Notes: a model not told the origin generated them from the letters alone. 64,000 bases of DNA from an uncultured Rivularia sp. (GCA_963665115.1 OY762007.1:3328001-3392000); one strand, 5' to 3'; counted from the stretch's first letter, positions 10,298 to 21,112 are shown. Made by a program: numbers and translations.

Positions 10298-11773
10298 CTA
10301 TTTACTATTTTTAGAAGCTACAGCAGTCAGATCGTTGTCGTCTTCTGATGAAGCAACTTCCTTCCATTCTTCTTTGGTAAAGTCTTCGTGATATGAACGT
10401 TCAACATTCACGTTCCACAAATCGTGTTTCTCTCCTAACAGATTCTTTGCTGCTAATAATGCTGTAAGCATCGAATGGTCTTGGTTATTATAACGATGCA
10501 TTCCATTTCGACCGCTAGTTTGCAAATTTTCAAATCCTTGCAAATAATTTTGAATTACGTCTAAATGCTGGCGATAATCACGGTCGTAGACTGGATAGGC
10601 TTTTGGTTGACGAATTACAACTCCGTCTTCTACAACTGCGTCTCCAGCTAATCCTAAAGCTTTTAATTCTTTTGTTGCCAATTCGATTAATTCTTCATCT
10701 GTCTTCGACCATAAAGAATCACCAATATTAGCAAAATATTCCATACCCAAACAAGTTTTACTCGAATCGGGAACCATTTCGGCGCTCCAATTCTTAAAAT
10801 TTTGAATCCGCCCTACTTTAACTTTTGGAGAGTGAATATAAATCCAGTTATCGGGGAATAAATCTGGTGCATCTACAATCAACGACACAATCAGAAAATC
10901 GCGATATTTCAGACCATTTGCAGCTTGTAATACCTTGCTCGGTACTGCTGGGTCCATTTTCTGAACCAGTTTATTTAAAGGCATAGTCGAAATAAAATTC
11001 TTAGCCTCAAACTGGATTAAATTATCATCGCGTTCGGCAAAAACTTTAGTAACTATCTGACCTTTACGCTCCATTCCTAATACTTTGGTATTCATATGCA
11101 CTTCACCGCCAGCTGCTACTATCTTTTCGGCGAAGCGTTCCCACATCATCCCTGGCCCTAATCTGGGATAATCAAATTCTTTAATTAAAGTCTTTGTATC
11201 ATTTTTGCCAAACAACGCATTTAATACTGCTGTTTTAACCGACAAACCTTTAATGCGCTGGGCTGCCCATTCAGCTTGAATCTGATTGCAGGGAATACCC
11301 CAAACTTTTTCGGTATAGGTTTTGAAAAATGTTTTATAAAGGCGATCGCCAAAGCGATTTGTCACCCACTGCTCTAAATTCTCTTCGACGGGAAGCGGTT
11401 GACGCTTTGCTTGCAGGTAAGACCAGATAATCAGAAAACTTTCTGATATACCAAGCTTCTGAAGAGTGTCAAACGCACTCAAAGGATATTGGAAAAACTT
11501 GCCTTGATAATAAATCCGCGACATACGCGGAGTCTTGATAAAATCGTTTTCGAGAACTTCATACCAAAGGTCTTGCACTTCTTGAACTTTGGTAAAAAAT
11601 CGATGTCCGCCAATATCAAAGTGGTACCCTTTATACTTCTCAGTCCGAGAGATACCACCTACTTTATCTGATTGCTCTAAAACTATAGGTTTAATGCCAT
11701 GCTTGACTAAATGGTAAGCTGCGGTAAGCCCTGCTGGCCCTGCACCGATAACGACAACTCGATCATTTTTCAT
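10298..11773 (-). CDS. FAD-dependent oxidoreductase (UDP-galactopyranose mutase-like/amine oxidase fold)
   Basis: VVIGAGPAGLTAA, GGISRT, FDIGGHRFF, KAYPVY, GRNGMHRYNNQDHSM; ATG at 11773 preferred. Confidence 0.8.
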   Translation of the reverse strand: MKNDRVVVIGAGPAGLTAAYHLVKHGIKPIVLEQSDKVGGISRTEKYKGYHFDIGGHRFFTKVQEVQDLWYEVLENDFIKTPRMSRIYYQGKFFQYPLSAFDTLQKLGISESFLIIWSYLQAKRQPLPVEENLEQWVTNRFGDRLYKTFFKTYTEKVWGIPCNQIQAEWAAQRIKGLSVKTAVLNALFGKNDTKTLIKEFDYPRLGPGMMWERFAEKIVAAGGEVHMNTKVLGMERKGQIVTKVFAERDDNLIQFEAKNFISTMPLNKLVQKMDPAVPSKVLQAANGLKYRDFLIVSLIVDAPDLFPDNWIYIHSPKVKVGRIQNFKNWSAEMVPDSSKTCLGMEYFANIGDSLWSKTDEELIELATKELKALGLAGDAVVEDGVVIRQPKAYPVYDRDYRQHLDVIQNYLQGFENLQTSGRNGMHRYNNQDHSMLTALLAAKNLLGEKHDLWNVNVERSYHEDFTKEEWKEVASSEDDNDLTAVASKNSK

Positions 11774-11813
11774 AATTTGAAATATTAATGTGTAGTTCTC
11801 TATCCAATAAATG

Positions 11814-12836
11814 TCATGCAGCAGAAATATCTGGTTTTGATAAAAACCACTCATGCCATAGATAGTTGCTCGTACCAACAGCGAAAGCTAAACCGCCGTA
11901 AAAGTAATAAAACCAATGCCAAGGAATGACACGCAACGCAAAACCTAAACCACGCTTGGCATAAAAGAAACGATAAACCGCAAAATTAAGCCATAACATG
12001 ATTAAACTCAATAACGCAGCCACAGCGAAAAATCCAGACCACCAAAAACTTAAAACTAAAGATGTCAATATTGCATAGATTAAGATCGCGCTTAACCGAC
12101 TAGATACCCCTAAATTTAGGTCATTATCTAACTGACGTTGACGTAAAATCAACTCAGTCCAAGGTAATGCGCGATAGAAAATTTCTGCTTTCAATAGAGA
12201 GACAAAACTCCAGTTTTTCAAATGCTTAACGTGCAAATCTTTGAAAAGCTTAATCTTGTAACCAGCACTCCTGATACGATATCCCAGTTCTATATCTTCT
12301 ATACTCGGTCGTCGGTAACTCTCATCAAATCCTCCTATAGAGAGAAATACTTCACGACGAATAGCTCCACAAGCACCCCAAAAAGTGAAAGCTTCTTCAC
12401 TCGCTATCTGATGGGTATAGTGATGGAATAAATTTTTATACTGAGACAAAAAGTTAGTTTCTCCCGGTTCATCATCATAGGAACCAATTAGAGCAGCTAA
12501 TTCAGATTCATTCTCAAAAGCTTTCTTGACTTGAACGATCGCTGAAGGTGAAATAACTACATCAGCATCTATAAAATACAGAATATCGCTAGTAGCGACA
12601 CTTGCACCTGAATTCCGTGCTTTTGCTGGGCCTCCATTCACAGGCATCCTAATTACTTTCGCACCAAATTCTTGCGCTACCAACCAAGAACCATCAGTAT
12701 CTGCATCCGAAACTACAATTACTTCATCTGGAGAAATCTTTGATTCTGCCAGACTCGATAAGCATTGACGAAAACTCTCCCCCCCGTTATGTACTGGGAT
12801 TATTACTGAAATACTTAATTCAGTAGATATTACCAT
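11814..12836 (-). CDS. glycosyltransferase family 2 with C-terminal TM segments
   Basis: ISVIIPVHNG, GPAKARNSG, FIDAD, IEDIELG. Confidence 0.9.
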   Translation of the reverse strand: MVISTELSISVIIPVHNGGESFRQCLSSLAESKISPDEVIVVSDADTDGSWLVAQEFGAKVIRMPVNGGPAKARNSGASVATSDILYFIDADVVISPSAIVQVKKAFENESELAALIGSYDDEPGETNFLSQYKNLFHHYTHQIASEEAFTFWGACGAIRREVFLSIGGFDESYRRPSIEDIELGYRIRSAGYKIKLFKDLHVKHLKNWSFVSLLKAEIFYRALPWTELILRQRQLDNDLNLGVSSRLSAILIYAILTSLVLSFWWSGFFAVAALLSLIMLWLNFAVYRFFYAKRGLGFALRVIPWHWFYYFYGGLAFAVGTSNYLWHEWFLSKPDISAA

Positions 12837-13308
12837 TACTAGTTAATTCCTCACTACTCCAAACAATTCAATCTTTATTTAGAATTTCATCAAATTAGAT
12901 CGGCATTTAGATTGTTAGTCTGGACTTTGTTACAAACTTAAATATTTACATAATTATTAGAGAACAATAATAAGCAGTTAGAAAGACAATTAAGCAAAAT
13001 TCTTCTTAAATTTACGAATATAAAGTTTTGATGAAATTCGCAAATATTTTATTCATAAAGTATAAATTTAGCTTGTTTAATAACTGTCAAGTTTAATTAA
13101 ATACAATATTTAAGTAATTTAAATTACAAATATAAGAATATATCCGATCGATTTTAGAAAATTACTCATTATTAATAAAAGGATATTTAAGATAAGGCTT
13201 CAGGAAATAGCATGAAACGTATTTTTTTATACAGTTGTAATTAATGTTTGCAAATTACGAAGAATTTTTATCTAAAAATTTTTCTTGATTTTAAAAACTA
13301 TAATACTA

Positions 13309-13439
13309 CTAATACTCCACCACATTAATTGTGCGGAGTAACACATTTGTAGTGGGAGCGTCTCGCTCCCTGGTAGCAACGAGCGAGCGAGACGCTCGCA
13401 CTCCCCGAACCCCTTATAACTTATGTGGTGAAGTACTAG
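13309..13439. mobile_element. MITE-like element, copy 1 (internal REP-like hairpin)
   Basis: Imperfect terminal inverted repeats CTAATACTCCACCACAT / ATGTGGTGAAGTACTAG; ~100 bp nearly identical to 34173-34268. Confidence 0.75.
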
Positions 13440-13882
13440 TAATGGAAGCATATATTTATCCAAAAGATATGCTTTCATCATTAAACCGCAGTGTATTAAT
13501 ATAATCCAGAAGTAAGATTAATACGAGAGAATCCGATTAAAGCCAAAATACCAAGAAAATAGAGTAGAATTAATTTCAATAATTTAGAAGGTAATAACTG
13601 CAAGAATCGGAGACATATTCCTTGATTTGGATCATCATGTGAAAATATCTGCAAACTGAAATTATAAAAATGTTTCTAATTTACTTGCGTTTGAAAAATT
13701 GGAATTAGCTTATAATATAGAATTATTTTAATTTTCTGCTGCGCGATCGCACTGTTTGTTATAAATACAATAAGAAGCAGAAGGTAAATATAACCAATAA
13801 CTAAAATTAATCATTTATAAATTAGCCAGTATATAGGATAAAATACTCACTGCAACAGATTGAAATAAATTTAACTAAAGAT

Positions 13883-14320
13883 ATGTCTCTACCAGCTGGA
13901 ACCGAAGCACCAAGTTTTACAACGAAAGATACTAACGGTAACACAGTTTCTTTGTCAGATTTTAAAGGAAAGACAGTAGTTTTGTATTTCTACCCGAAAG
14001 ATGATACCCCTGGATGTACTAAGCAAGCCTGTAGCTTCCGAGATGCTCAATCGCAGTATCAAAGCAAAGATATCGCGGTTTTAGGAGTAAGTGCAGATGA
14101 TGAAGCTTCTCACCAAGCATTTACCCAAAAATTTAATTTGAATTTTCCCTTATTAGTTGATACCGATAAAAGCTTGATAAAAGCTTACGATGTTGATGGT
14201 GGTGGTTATGCCAAGCGCGTTACTTTCGTTATCGATGGTAATGGTAAGATTACCAACGTTGACGAGAGTGTTAATACCAGCACTCATGCTGAAGATGTCT
14301 TAAAATCTTTAGGACTATAA
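13883..14320 (+). CDS. bcp: peroxiredoxin Q / bacterioferritin comigratory protein
   Basis: VLYFYPKDDTPGCTKQACSFRD. Confidence 0.95.
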   Translation: MSLPAGTEAPSFTTKDTNGNTVSLSDFKGKTVVLYFYPKDDTPGCTKQACSFRDAQSQYQSKDIAVLGVSADDEASHQAFTQKFNLNFPLLVDTDKSLIKAYDVDGGGYAKRVTFVIDGNGKITNVDESVNTSTHAEDVLKSLGL

Positions 14321-14336
14321 TTTCGACATAAAAAAT

Positions 14337-14389
14337 GTAGAGACGTGTTAGCGAAGCGTGCCCGCCAGGGCATTACATCACGTCTCTAC
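14337..14389. repeat. REP-like palindrome carrying a short inserted repeat
   Basis: GTAGAGACGTG...CACGTCTCTAC arms enclosing TTAGCGAAGCGTGCCCGCCAGGGCA. Confidence 0.7.
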
Positions 14390-14419
14390 AATTATAAAAA
14401 TTTAACTGAATATGATCAG

Positions 14420-14845
14420 TTAATTCCCAGCAGCAGGTGTTGTTTGCGCTGGAGTGTAAACTGGGAACACAAAATCAAACTTTTGTTGGCTTCTAGGTTG
14501 CCCAGAGGAACGTTGTTGCAGCAGTTTTTGCTGTCTTTCACGAAATGAACCTGCTTCAGAATTTATTTGCTGTCTATTTTGAGAAGAAAATCCTTGCCAG
14601 TCTACAACACCAAGCTGCGATTGATGAATCAAACTCATCGGATCGAAGCTACCATTTTCAACTCCATTAAAAGAACTATTATCACCTCGCTTGGTATCAA
14701 AAGGATCGTTTTGTAAACTCGATGGTACGGAAATATCTTGGCTGGTTTGAGCAAAGCTTGCGGATGGCGCAATCATACAGCTAATCCCAAGCCCCGTAAC
14801 AGTTGCAGCAACTAATCTATTAACTCGTGAAATTGATATTTTCAT
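14420..14845 (-). CDS. hypothetical secreted protein
   Basis: Signal-peptide-like N-terminus ending ASFA-Q; S/Q-rich body. Confidence 0.65.
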   Translation of the reverse strand: MKISISRVNRLVAATVTGLGISCMIAPSASFAQTSQDISVPSSLQNDPFDTKRGDNSSFNGVENGSFDPMSLIHQSQLGVVDWQGFSSQNRQQINSEAGSFRERQQKLLQQRSSGQPRSQQKFDFVFPVYTPAQTTPAAGN

Positions 14846-14886
14846 TTCTCTTTTCCCCTTTTGTAATTCAAATTGATGCTTCTATT

Positions 14887-15783
14887 CTACGCAAGAGTAC
14901 GACGTAAGCGGGATTGAATGCTCAACAATGCTACAAGCGCAAAGCCTAACAATACTAGTATCGCACCGCCAAAAGTAACATCACCCCAGAAAGCTTGCAT
15001 TACTACACTATTAAATCCCCAACTTTCATGGATGTATAAATAGCGAATTGGTTCGATTGCATAGCTTAAAGGATTCAGTGCAGCCACAACTTGCAGCCAT
15101 TTGGGCATGAATGATAGGGGAGCTAAAGCTGTACTGGCGAATAATAGCGGTAAATTAGTGACAAAAATTACGGCTATTAACTCAATATGTCCTGGTAAAG
15201 CAAAAGCTAAACCCAGTGAAAGAGCCGTTACACCTAAAGCCAATAGAAAAACTATTAGGGCGATCGCGCTCAAACCTGCGGCGTTAGGAATACCAGCACC
15301 TAAAAACGATGCAGCAATCACAATTATTGCTGCTTGTAACAAAGTTTGACTGATAATAAAGATTGCTGAAGCAAAGACAATAGAAAAGCGCGATGCTAAA
15401 GGAGCAACCAATAATCGATTCAAAAAGCCAAATTCTCGGTCAAACATTACGGGTAAACCAGCATTAAGCGCTCCAGCAAATGCCGTAAAAACGATGATTC
15501 CAGCAGTTAAAAACTGACCGTAATTTGTAGTATTACCGAAAATTCCTTTGGGTGCATTTTGAAACAGTGCGCCAAATAAAACCAGCCACATTACAGGTTG
15601 AATAATGCTAGCCACTAAAGTTGAAGGGCGACGCTTTAACTGAATAAATAGACGACGAGTCAAAGCCAAAGTTTCTTGCACTAACTCGCCGAAAACACTT
15701 TGATTGGCATCGCTATACAGTTGCGGCGATGCGATTTTCTGCAAATTAACATCCGACTTGGAAGAAAAAACAGTACCACTCAT
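14887..15783 (-). CDS. ABC-2 type transporter permease
   Basis: FDREFGFLNRLLVAP, ALNPLSYAIE; multiple TM segments. Confidence 0.92.
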   Translation of the reverse strand: MSGTVFSSKSDVNLQKIASPQLYSDANQSVFGELVQETLALTRRLFIQLKRRPSTLVASIIQPVMWLVLFGALFQNAPKGIFGNTTNYGQFLTAGIIVFTAFAGALNAGLPVMFDREFGFLNRLLVAPLASRFSIVFASAIFIISQTLLQAAIIVIAASFLGAGIPNAAGLSAIALIVFLLALGVTALSLGLAFALPGHIELIAVIFVTNLPLLFASTALAPLSFMPKWLQVVAALNPLSYAIEPIRYLYIHESWGFNSVVMQAFWGDVTFGGAILVLLGFALVALLSIQSRLRRTLA

Positions 15784-15944
15784 AACAAATTTGGATTTTC
15801 GCTAACAGGATTTTGGATTAAAAGTTTATAGTCAGGAGTTAGGAGTTAGGAGTTACGAATTAGGAATGAGAAGTTATTGATTTAATTCCTAAATAACCAT
15901 GCCCAATGTCCAATTCCCTATTCCCTATTCCCTATTCCCCAATT

Positions 15945-16964
15945 TCATTTCATACTTTGTTTCTTTTCAGCTTTCATATCTCGGGTACCTACAGCAGCTA
16001 GTTCGGCATCCATCAAAGTACGTCCTGTTGCTGCTAAGTAAACATCATCTAAACTGGGACGAGATTGGGCAATACCGAAAGTTGGTAAACCAGCATCATT
16101 TAAAGCTTGCTGAATAGTAATCAAAGCATCATTTTGCTGAGAAACTACCAAATTTAATGAGTTACCTTGAGCGCCGTTGATAATTACTTCTTGAACGAAA
16201 GATAAGGAAGTGAGTAAATTTTTAGCTTTTTGTGCTTCATCATCAGAAGTAAACTCTCGAATGCGAAGAGTGACTCTATCTCCCCCTACTTTATCTTTTA
16301 ATTGTGATGGTGTTCCTGTCGCAATTACCTCACCGCGATCGATTATTGTAACTTTATCGGCTAGCGCATCAATTTCTTCTAAATAATGGCTGGTAATTAA
16401 TACTGTTGTTCCTGCTTCTCTTAATTTCCGCAAAAATTCCCACACCACAAACCGACTTTCGATATCAAGCCCCGCAGTTGGTTCATCCAAAACCAGTACG
16501 CTAGGTGCGTGAAGCAATCCCGCTGCTAAATCCAAGCGTTTAAGTAAACCACCAGAATATGTCCCCGTTTTTTTATTCGCGTATTCTTGTAAACCAAGTA
16601 AATCTAAAACCGTATCAATACGCTCTTTTGAAACCTTTGAAGGTATATGGTAGAGCGCTGCTTGGAGTTGCAACAGTTCTTTTCCAGTCAGCACCTTATC
16701 TGGAGCAACCTCTTGAGCAACGTAGCCAAGACGTTTTCGAGCATCTCTAGGATTATCTACGCATGAGATACCACTCACTTCGATTTTACCCGCATCAGGT
16801 GTAGTCAGAGTACACAAAGCACGCAAAGTGGTAGTTTTCCCCGCACCATTAGGGCCGAGTAAACCAAATATTTCCCCTTGTTCCACTTTAAAAGAAATAT
16901 TCTTAACGGCTTCGGTAGTACCGTAGGATTTCTTTAAATTTTCGACTAAAACGGCAGGAGCCAT
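15945..16964 (-). CDS. ABC transporter ATP-binding protein (DrrA-like)
   Basis: GPNGAGKTT, YSGG, VLDEPTAGLD, TSHYLEE. Confidence 0.95.
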   Translation of the reverse strand: MAPAVLVENLKKSYGTTEAVKNISFKVEQGEIFGLLGPNGAGKTTTLRALCTLTTPDAGKIEVSGISCVDNPRDARKRLGYVAQEVAPDKVLTGKELLQLQAALYHIPSKVSKERIDTVLDLLGLQEYANKKTGTYSGGLLKRLDLAAGLLHAPSVLVLDEPTAGLDIESRFVVWEFLRKLREAGTTVLITSHYLEEIDALADKVTIIDRGEVIATGTPSQLKDKVGGDRVTLRIREFTSDDEAQKAKNLLTSLSFVQEVIINGAQGNSLNLVVSQQNDALITIQQALNDAGLPTFGIAQSRPSLDDVYLAATGRTLMDAELAAVGTRDMKAEKKQSMK

Positions 16965-17146
16965 TGGACATTAACTCTTAAATATACAAAACTCAACAAA
17001 TTCTATCTCCATTTTAGAAGTGAAGCAGCAGTTTTAAATTAAGAATTGGGAATTGGGCATTGGGAAGAGTTTGGAGTAGTGAGTAGCAAGTAAACTACCA
17101 ATTCGTTCTTATTGTCGGCTCCTCAAGGATCTATTTTCTAATTGTT

Positions 17147-17233
17147 ACTCATTACTCTCTACTGTCTACTCTCTACTCGCTACTCTCTACTCGCTACTCG
17201 CTACTCTCTACTCTCTACTCTCTACTCTCTACT
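17147..17233. repeat. heptamer tandem repeat (CTACTCT/CTACTCG)
   Basis: Directly visible tandem 7-mers. Confidence 0.85.
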
Positions 17234-17376
17234 TTAAGAATGTCCCCCCATCTCCCCTTGTCATCTACATAAAGTAGCAACAAATGTATCAAGGCACTTA
17301 TGAAAGGTATTTATATCGATTACGTTGTTGGGTTGGAAGTGTAAAAATTGACTAAAAATTACGGAGATTCACCCTA

Positions 17377-18750
17377 ATGGATGAACGCCGTCTGCGAGAG
17401 TATGTTGCTCTAATTAAACAGCTTCTAAATTGTGCCAATGGAGAGGAATTTGTAATCTTAAAAGCAAATACAAAATTGGTTGATGAAGATTTAATTATGG
17501 TGATGGAACAAATAGCCATCAAAGCTGAAGACACTGGTGCGACTGGAACTGCTGAGTTTTTACGAAATTTGGCTGACGAGTTAAAGGGTATGTTAGCACA
17601 AACAGCAAATACTTTTAATTCTGAAGATAATGAACGTCCTTCTGCTTATTTGGAACTGATTGAAACACTAATGAGTTGCCCTCGCGGAACTGAAGCGGAA
17701 ATATTGCGAAAAAATCAAGATTTAATTGATACGCAATTCATTCTAACTTTGGGACAAGTGGCGGGAATAATGGCAGAAATTGGCGAACAAAAAGCTTCGG
17801 AATTTTTGCAAAGTATTGCTACCCCTTTGGCTAAAGGAATCCAAAATTCTTTACCCGCAGCTAAGTCTTCCCAAAATTACATTGATTTTTTGGCTGAGGT
17901 ATTGGGGACTATTTCCAAAACTAATGGCAATGCAAAAGTGCTGTATCCACTATTTGCTGCGAATTTAGATAAACTAAATACGTATTTTGCCCAAGTTCTC
18001 GAAGACTGGGTACAAGAAACTATAGAAAAAGTACAGCCTTCGATAGCTCATAGCGTCTTAGTAGATATTGTAAACTTTAGCGTATTAATTCAACAGTTCT
18101 CACTCGGTAATAAAGCTGAGAACTTAGAAATTGCTATTATTGGTTATCAGGTTGCTAATCGTTTTTTCAATCGCGATAAATACCCGGAAGAATGGGCTGG
18201 AACCCAAAACAATCTTGGCAATGCTTTGGTTGAGCGCATGACTGGGAACAGTGCAGATAACTTGGATGAAGGTATTGATTGTTATAAGCAGGCATTAGAA
18301 ATCTACCAGCGCGATATATTTCCCGAAGATTGGGCTATGACTCAAAATAATTTGGGTACGGCTTATAAAAGTCGCGAACATGGGGATAAATCAGAAAATA
18401 TCGAAATTGCAATTCAGCACTATTTTGCCGCACTAGATGTATACCAACGTTCGGTATTTCCGTATCAATGGGCGACAATTCAATATAACTTAGGTAATGT
18501 GTATTGCGATCGCGTTACTGGTGAAAAGGCTGAGAATATGGAAATCGCCATATTATCTTATAATGCAGCCTTGGAAGTGTACCAACCAAATCTAGTTCCC
18601 CAACAATGGGCAATGACTCAATATAATTTGGGTAATGCTTATAAACAGCGCATTCGGGGTGAGAAAAACGAAAACTTGCAAAAAGCTGACGAATGTTATT
18701 TAGCTGCAATGGAAGTTTACAAGCGGTATCGAGATCCGCAAGAAGAATAA
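17377..18750 (+). CDS. TPR protein with duplicated N-terminal helical domain
   Basis: Two copies of Y..LI..L..C..G.E..IL..N..L.D; C-terminal ~47-aa repeats (WAxTQxNLG...ENxExAI..Y.AALEVY). Confidence 0.85.
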   Translation: MDERRLREYVALIKQLLNCANGEEFVILKANTKLVDEDLIMVMEQIAIKAEDTGATGTAEFLRNLADELKGMLAQTANTFNSEDNERPSAYLELIETLMSCPRGTEAEILRKNQDLIDTQFILTLGQVAGIMAEIGEQKASEFLQSIATPLAKGIQNSLPAAKSSQNYIDFLAEVLGTISKTNGNAKVLYPLFAANLDKLNTYFAQVLEDWVQETIEKVQPSIAHSVLVDIVNFSVLIQQFSLGNKAENLEIAIIGYQVANRFFNRDKYPEEWAGTQNNLGNALVERMTGNSADNLDEGIDCYKQALEIYQRDIFPEDWAMTQNNLGTAYKSREHGDKSENIEIAIQHYFAALDVYQRSVFPYQWATIQYNLGNVYCDRVTGEKAENMEIAILSYNAALEVYQPNLVPQQWAMTQYNLGNAYKQRIRGEKNENLQKADECYLAAMEVYKRYRDPQEE

Positions 18751-18775
18751 TTGATTGTTTCCTTAAGCACCTACT

Positions 18776-18814
18776 CAAGAAACCCGGCTCTTTATTCTTA
18801 GAAGTCGGGTTTCT
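18776..18814. repeat. inverted repeat (AGAAACCCG...CGGGTTTCT) between convergent genes; possible terminator
   Basis: Stem visible; related AGAAACCCGGTTTCT occurs near 34098. Confidence 0.5.
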
Positions 18815-18856
18815 GGTTTTTAGATATTACAAAAATATCGTAATCATTTAGGATTG

Positions 18857-19390
18857 CTATAGTTTATCAAACATTAAACTTTGATATTCTTGCTCGGTAG
18901 CAATATCTAAACTGCTTTCAACTTTATCTAAAAATACTAATCCGCTCATATGGTCGTATTCATGCTGAAAAATACGAGCAACAAAATCTGTTAATTGTTG
19001 ATGCACTAAATTACCATCTCTATCAGTATATTCAACTTCAATAGCCCGGTATCTCGGAACTAATCCTCTAATTCCCGGAATACTCAAGCAACCTTCCCAA
19101 TCTTTCACCAATTCATCAGAGCGATCAATAATTTGAGGATTAATCATTGCTGTAGGTTGCATCAAAGGAGCATTCGGATATCTTAGATTAGGGCGAGAAG
19201 CAACGATAAAAATACGATAGCTCATCGCAACTTGTGGCGCTGCGATACCAACACCATTAGCATCTCCCACAGTTACCAGCAAATCATCAATCAGTTTTTG
19301 AATGCCATTGGAATAAACATCTTCAACAAATTCTGCTTTCTGCCGCAGAATTGGATTACCTAATTGAATAATAGAAAGTTTTTCAGACAT
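18857..19390 (-). CDS. def: peptide deformylase
   Basis: GVGIAAPQV, EGCLS, QHEYDH. Confidence 0.97.
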   Translation of the reverse strand: MSEKLSIIQLGNPILRQKAEFVEDVYSNGIQKLIDDLLVTVGDANGVGIAAPQVAMSYRIFIVASRPNLRYPNAPLMQPTAMINPQIIDRSDELVKDWEGCLSIPGIRGLVPRYRAIEVEYTDRDGNLVHQQLTDFVARIFQHEYDHMSGLVFLDKVESSLDIATEQEYQSLMFDKL

Positions 19391-19664
19391 AAGTTAAATA
19401 TATTAAAGGTCAAAACAATTTAAAATTATCAATTAAAAATTAAAAATTACCATCACCTAAAATCTCAGGCTTGAAATAAAGAATATGTTTTTATCTTTTT
19501 CTCCTTAAAAGGAAAGGCTTGTATCCTTAATTAAACAAGTAAAAAATAATTCTATTTTAATTTTGAATTCAAAAAATGGTCAAAGGTTAAAGGTTAAAGG
19601 TCAAAATAACTCATAACTCATAACTATTTCTACCCATCTCCTTGTCCCCTTGTCTCCCCATCTC

Positions 19665-20928
19665 CTAATTCCCCTTCGCTGGTGGTAAAGGTGCAGGTCT
19701 AACTGTTAAGTCTACCGTTCTCCCGTTGCGTTTTACCTGTATATCTAATGGCTGACCAATTTGACTTTCTTCTACTAACTTTTGTACGTCTTCGTTACGT
19801 TTGACGGACTGCTTGTTAATGCTGATAATAACATCTCCTGCTTTTAATCCACCTTGAGATGCTGGAGAACCGCTCATAATACGTATTAATAAAACGCCTT
19901 TATCTGCTGAAATGCTGGGAGTTCCGATTTCGCTGTTCAGTTTTTCTTTAACCTCTGGTGTCAGCGTCACCATCTGAATTCCTAAATAGGGATGATCTAC
20001 TCTACCTTTAGCTATTAATTCTTGGGAAATTCTCTTAACTGTGTTTACAGGAATGGCAAATCCTAAACCTTGAGCGCCTCGAATAATAGCGGTATTCATA
20101 CCTATAACTCGTCCTCGGGCGCTTAATAAAGGTCCACCAGAATTTCCGGGGTTGATTGCAGCATCAGTTTGAATATAATCAACTCGCTTATCGGAAGCAC
20201 CAATATCGCTGCTAGAACGCCCTGTAGCACTAATTATTCCAGAAGTGACGGTGTAGTTTAAACCTAATGGGTTGCCAATGGCAATTACTGCTTCTCCTGG
20301 CTGTAGTTTTTCGGAGTCTCCTAATGGAACGGTAGGTAGTTTATCCGCATCAATTTTGATTACGGCAACATCTGTTACGGGATCTTCACCTAATACTTGA
20401 CCGTCAAATTTACGACCATCTTTTAATTCAACGGTTACTCGATCGGCACCATCTACTACGTGAGCATTGGTCAATATTTCACCTTTGGAACTGATAATAA
20501 AACCAGAACCGTTTCCTCGTTGCTGTCTTTCTCTAGATTGTGGTGGGGTTCCACTTCCAAAAAATCTCCGAAAAAATGGGTCGTTAAATTCGTCTGGAAC
20601 GCGGGAAGTTACTGTCTTGGAAGTATCAATACGAACTACGGCAGGTCCTACTTCCTGAACTACAGAAACCACAAAGTTAGGATCTCTTGACTCTCTGAAG
20701 ATTGGCGGCGGAGCTATTTTGGCAACATCATCATTTTTTTGCTGAGCTTGGGGCCGTCCGCTCTGGTGTTTTGCGACTCATAATATTGTCCGGCAAAGAA
20801 CAACCGCTAACAACAGCTGTGCTTAAGGTAACAATAAAAGTTAAGATAAAGTTTTTTGTCCAAAATTGTTGAATCTGCTTTTTGATATAAATATTACTCG
20901 ATCGCGGTTCATGCTCTTTTCTTTTCAT
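19665..20928 (-). CDS. HtrA/Deg-family serine protease (HhoA/HhoB-like) with PDZ domain, split by +1 frameshift near 20734-20753
   Basis: [24 protein letters not shown]-terminal signal segment (VSGC) in 20731-20928 joins after removing one base; ~420 aa. Confidence 0.9.
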
Positions 20929-21112
20929 GTGATTTTATTTCTCCGTGTGATTGCGTGAATGGTAGGATATTGCCTACCAGATGAATCTAAAAATAATTAC
21001 AGTGTAAAACTTAGTTTCCGGTATAGATTGCCCGAGTTGCGATGTTTTCGGCAAGGCTAATTTTACAAATATCTTCTCCAAACGACGATTACCTCACAAT
21101 CGGTGGTTGATA

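Noticed and set aside
13272..13481. 69-aa ORF similar to the 91-aa ORF at 34074-34349
   Set aside because: Similarity comes from the shared MITE sequence; no protein motif.
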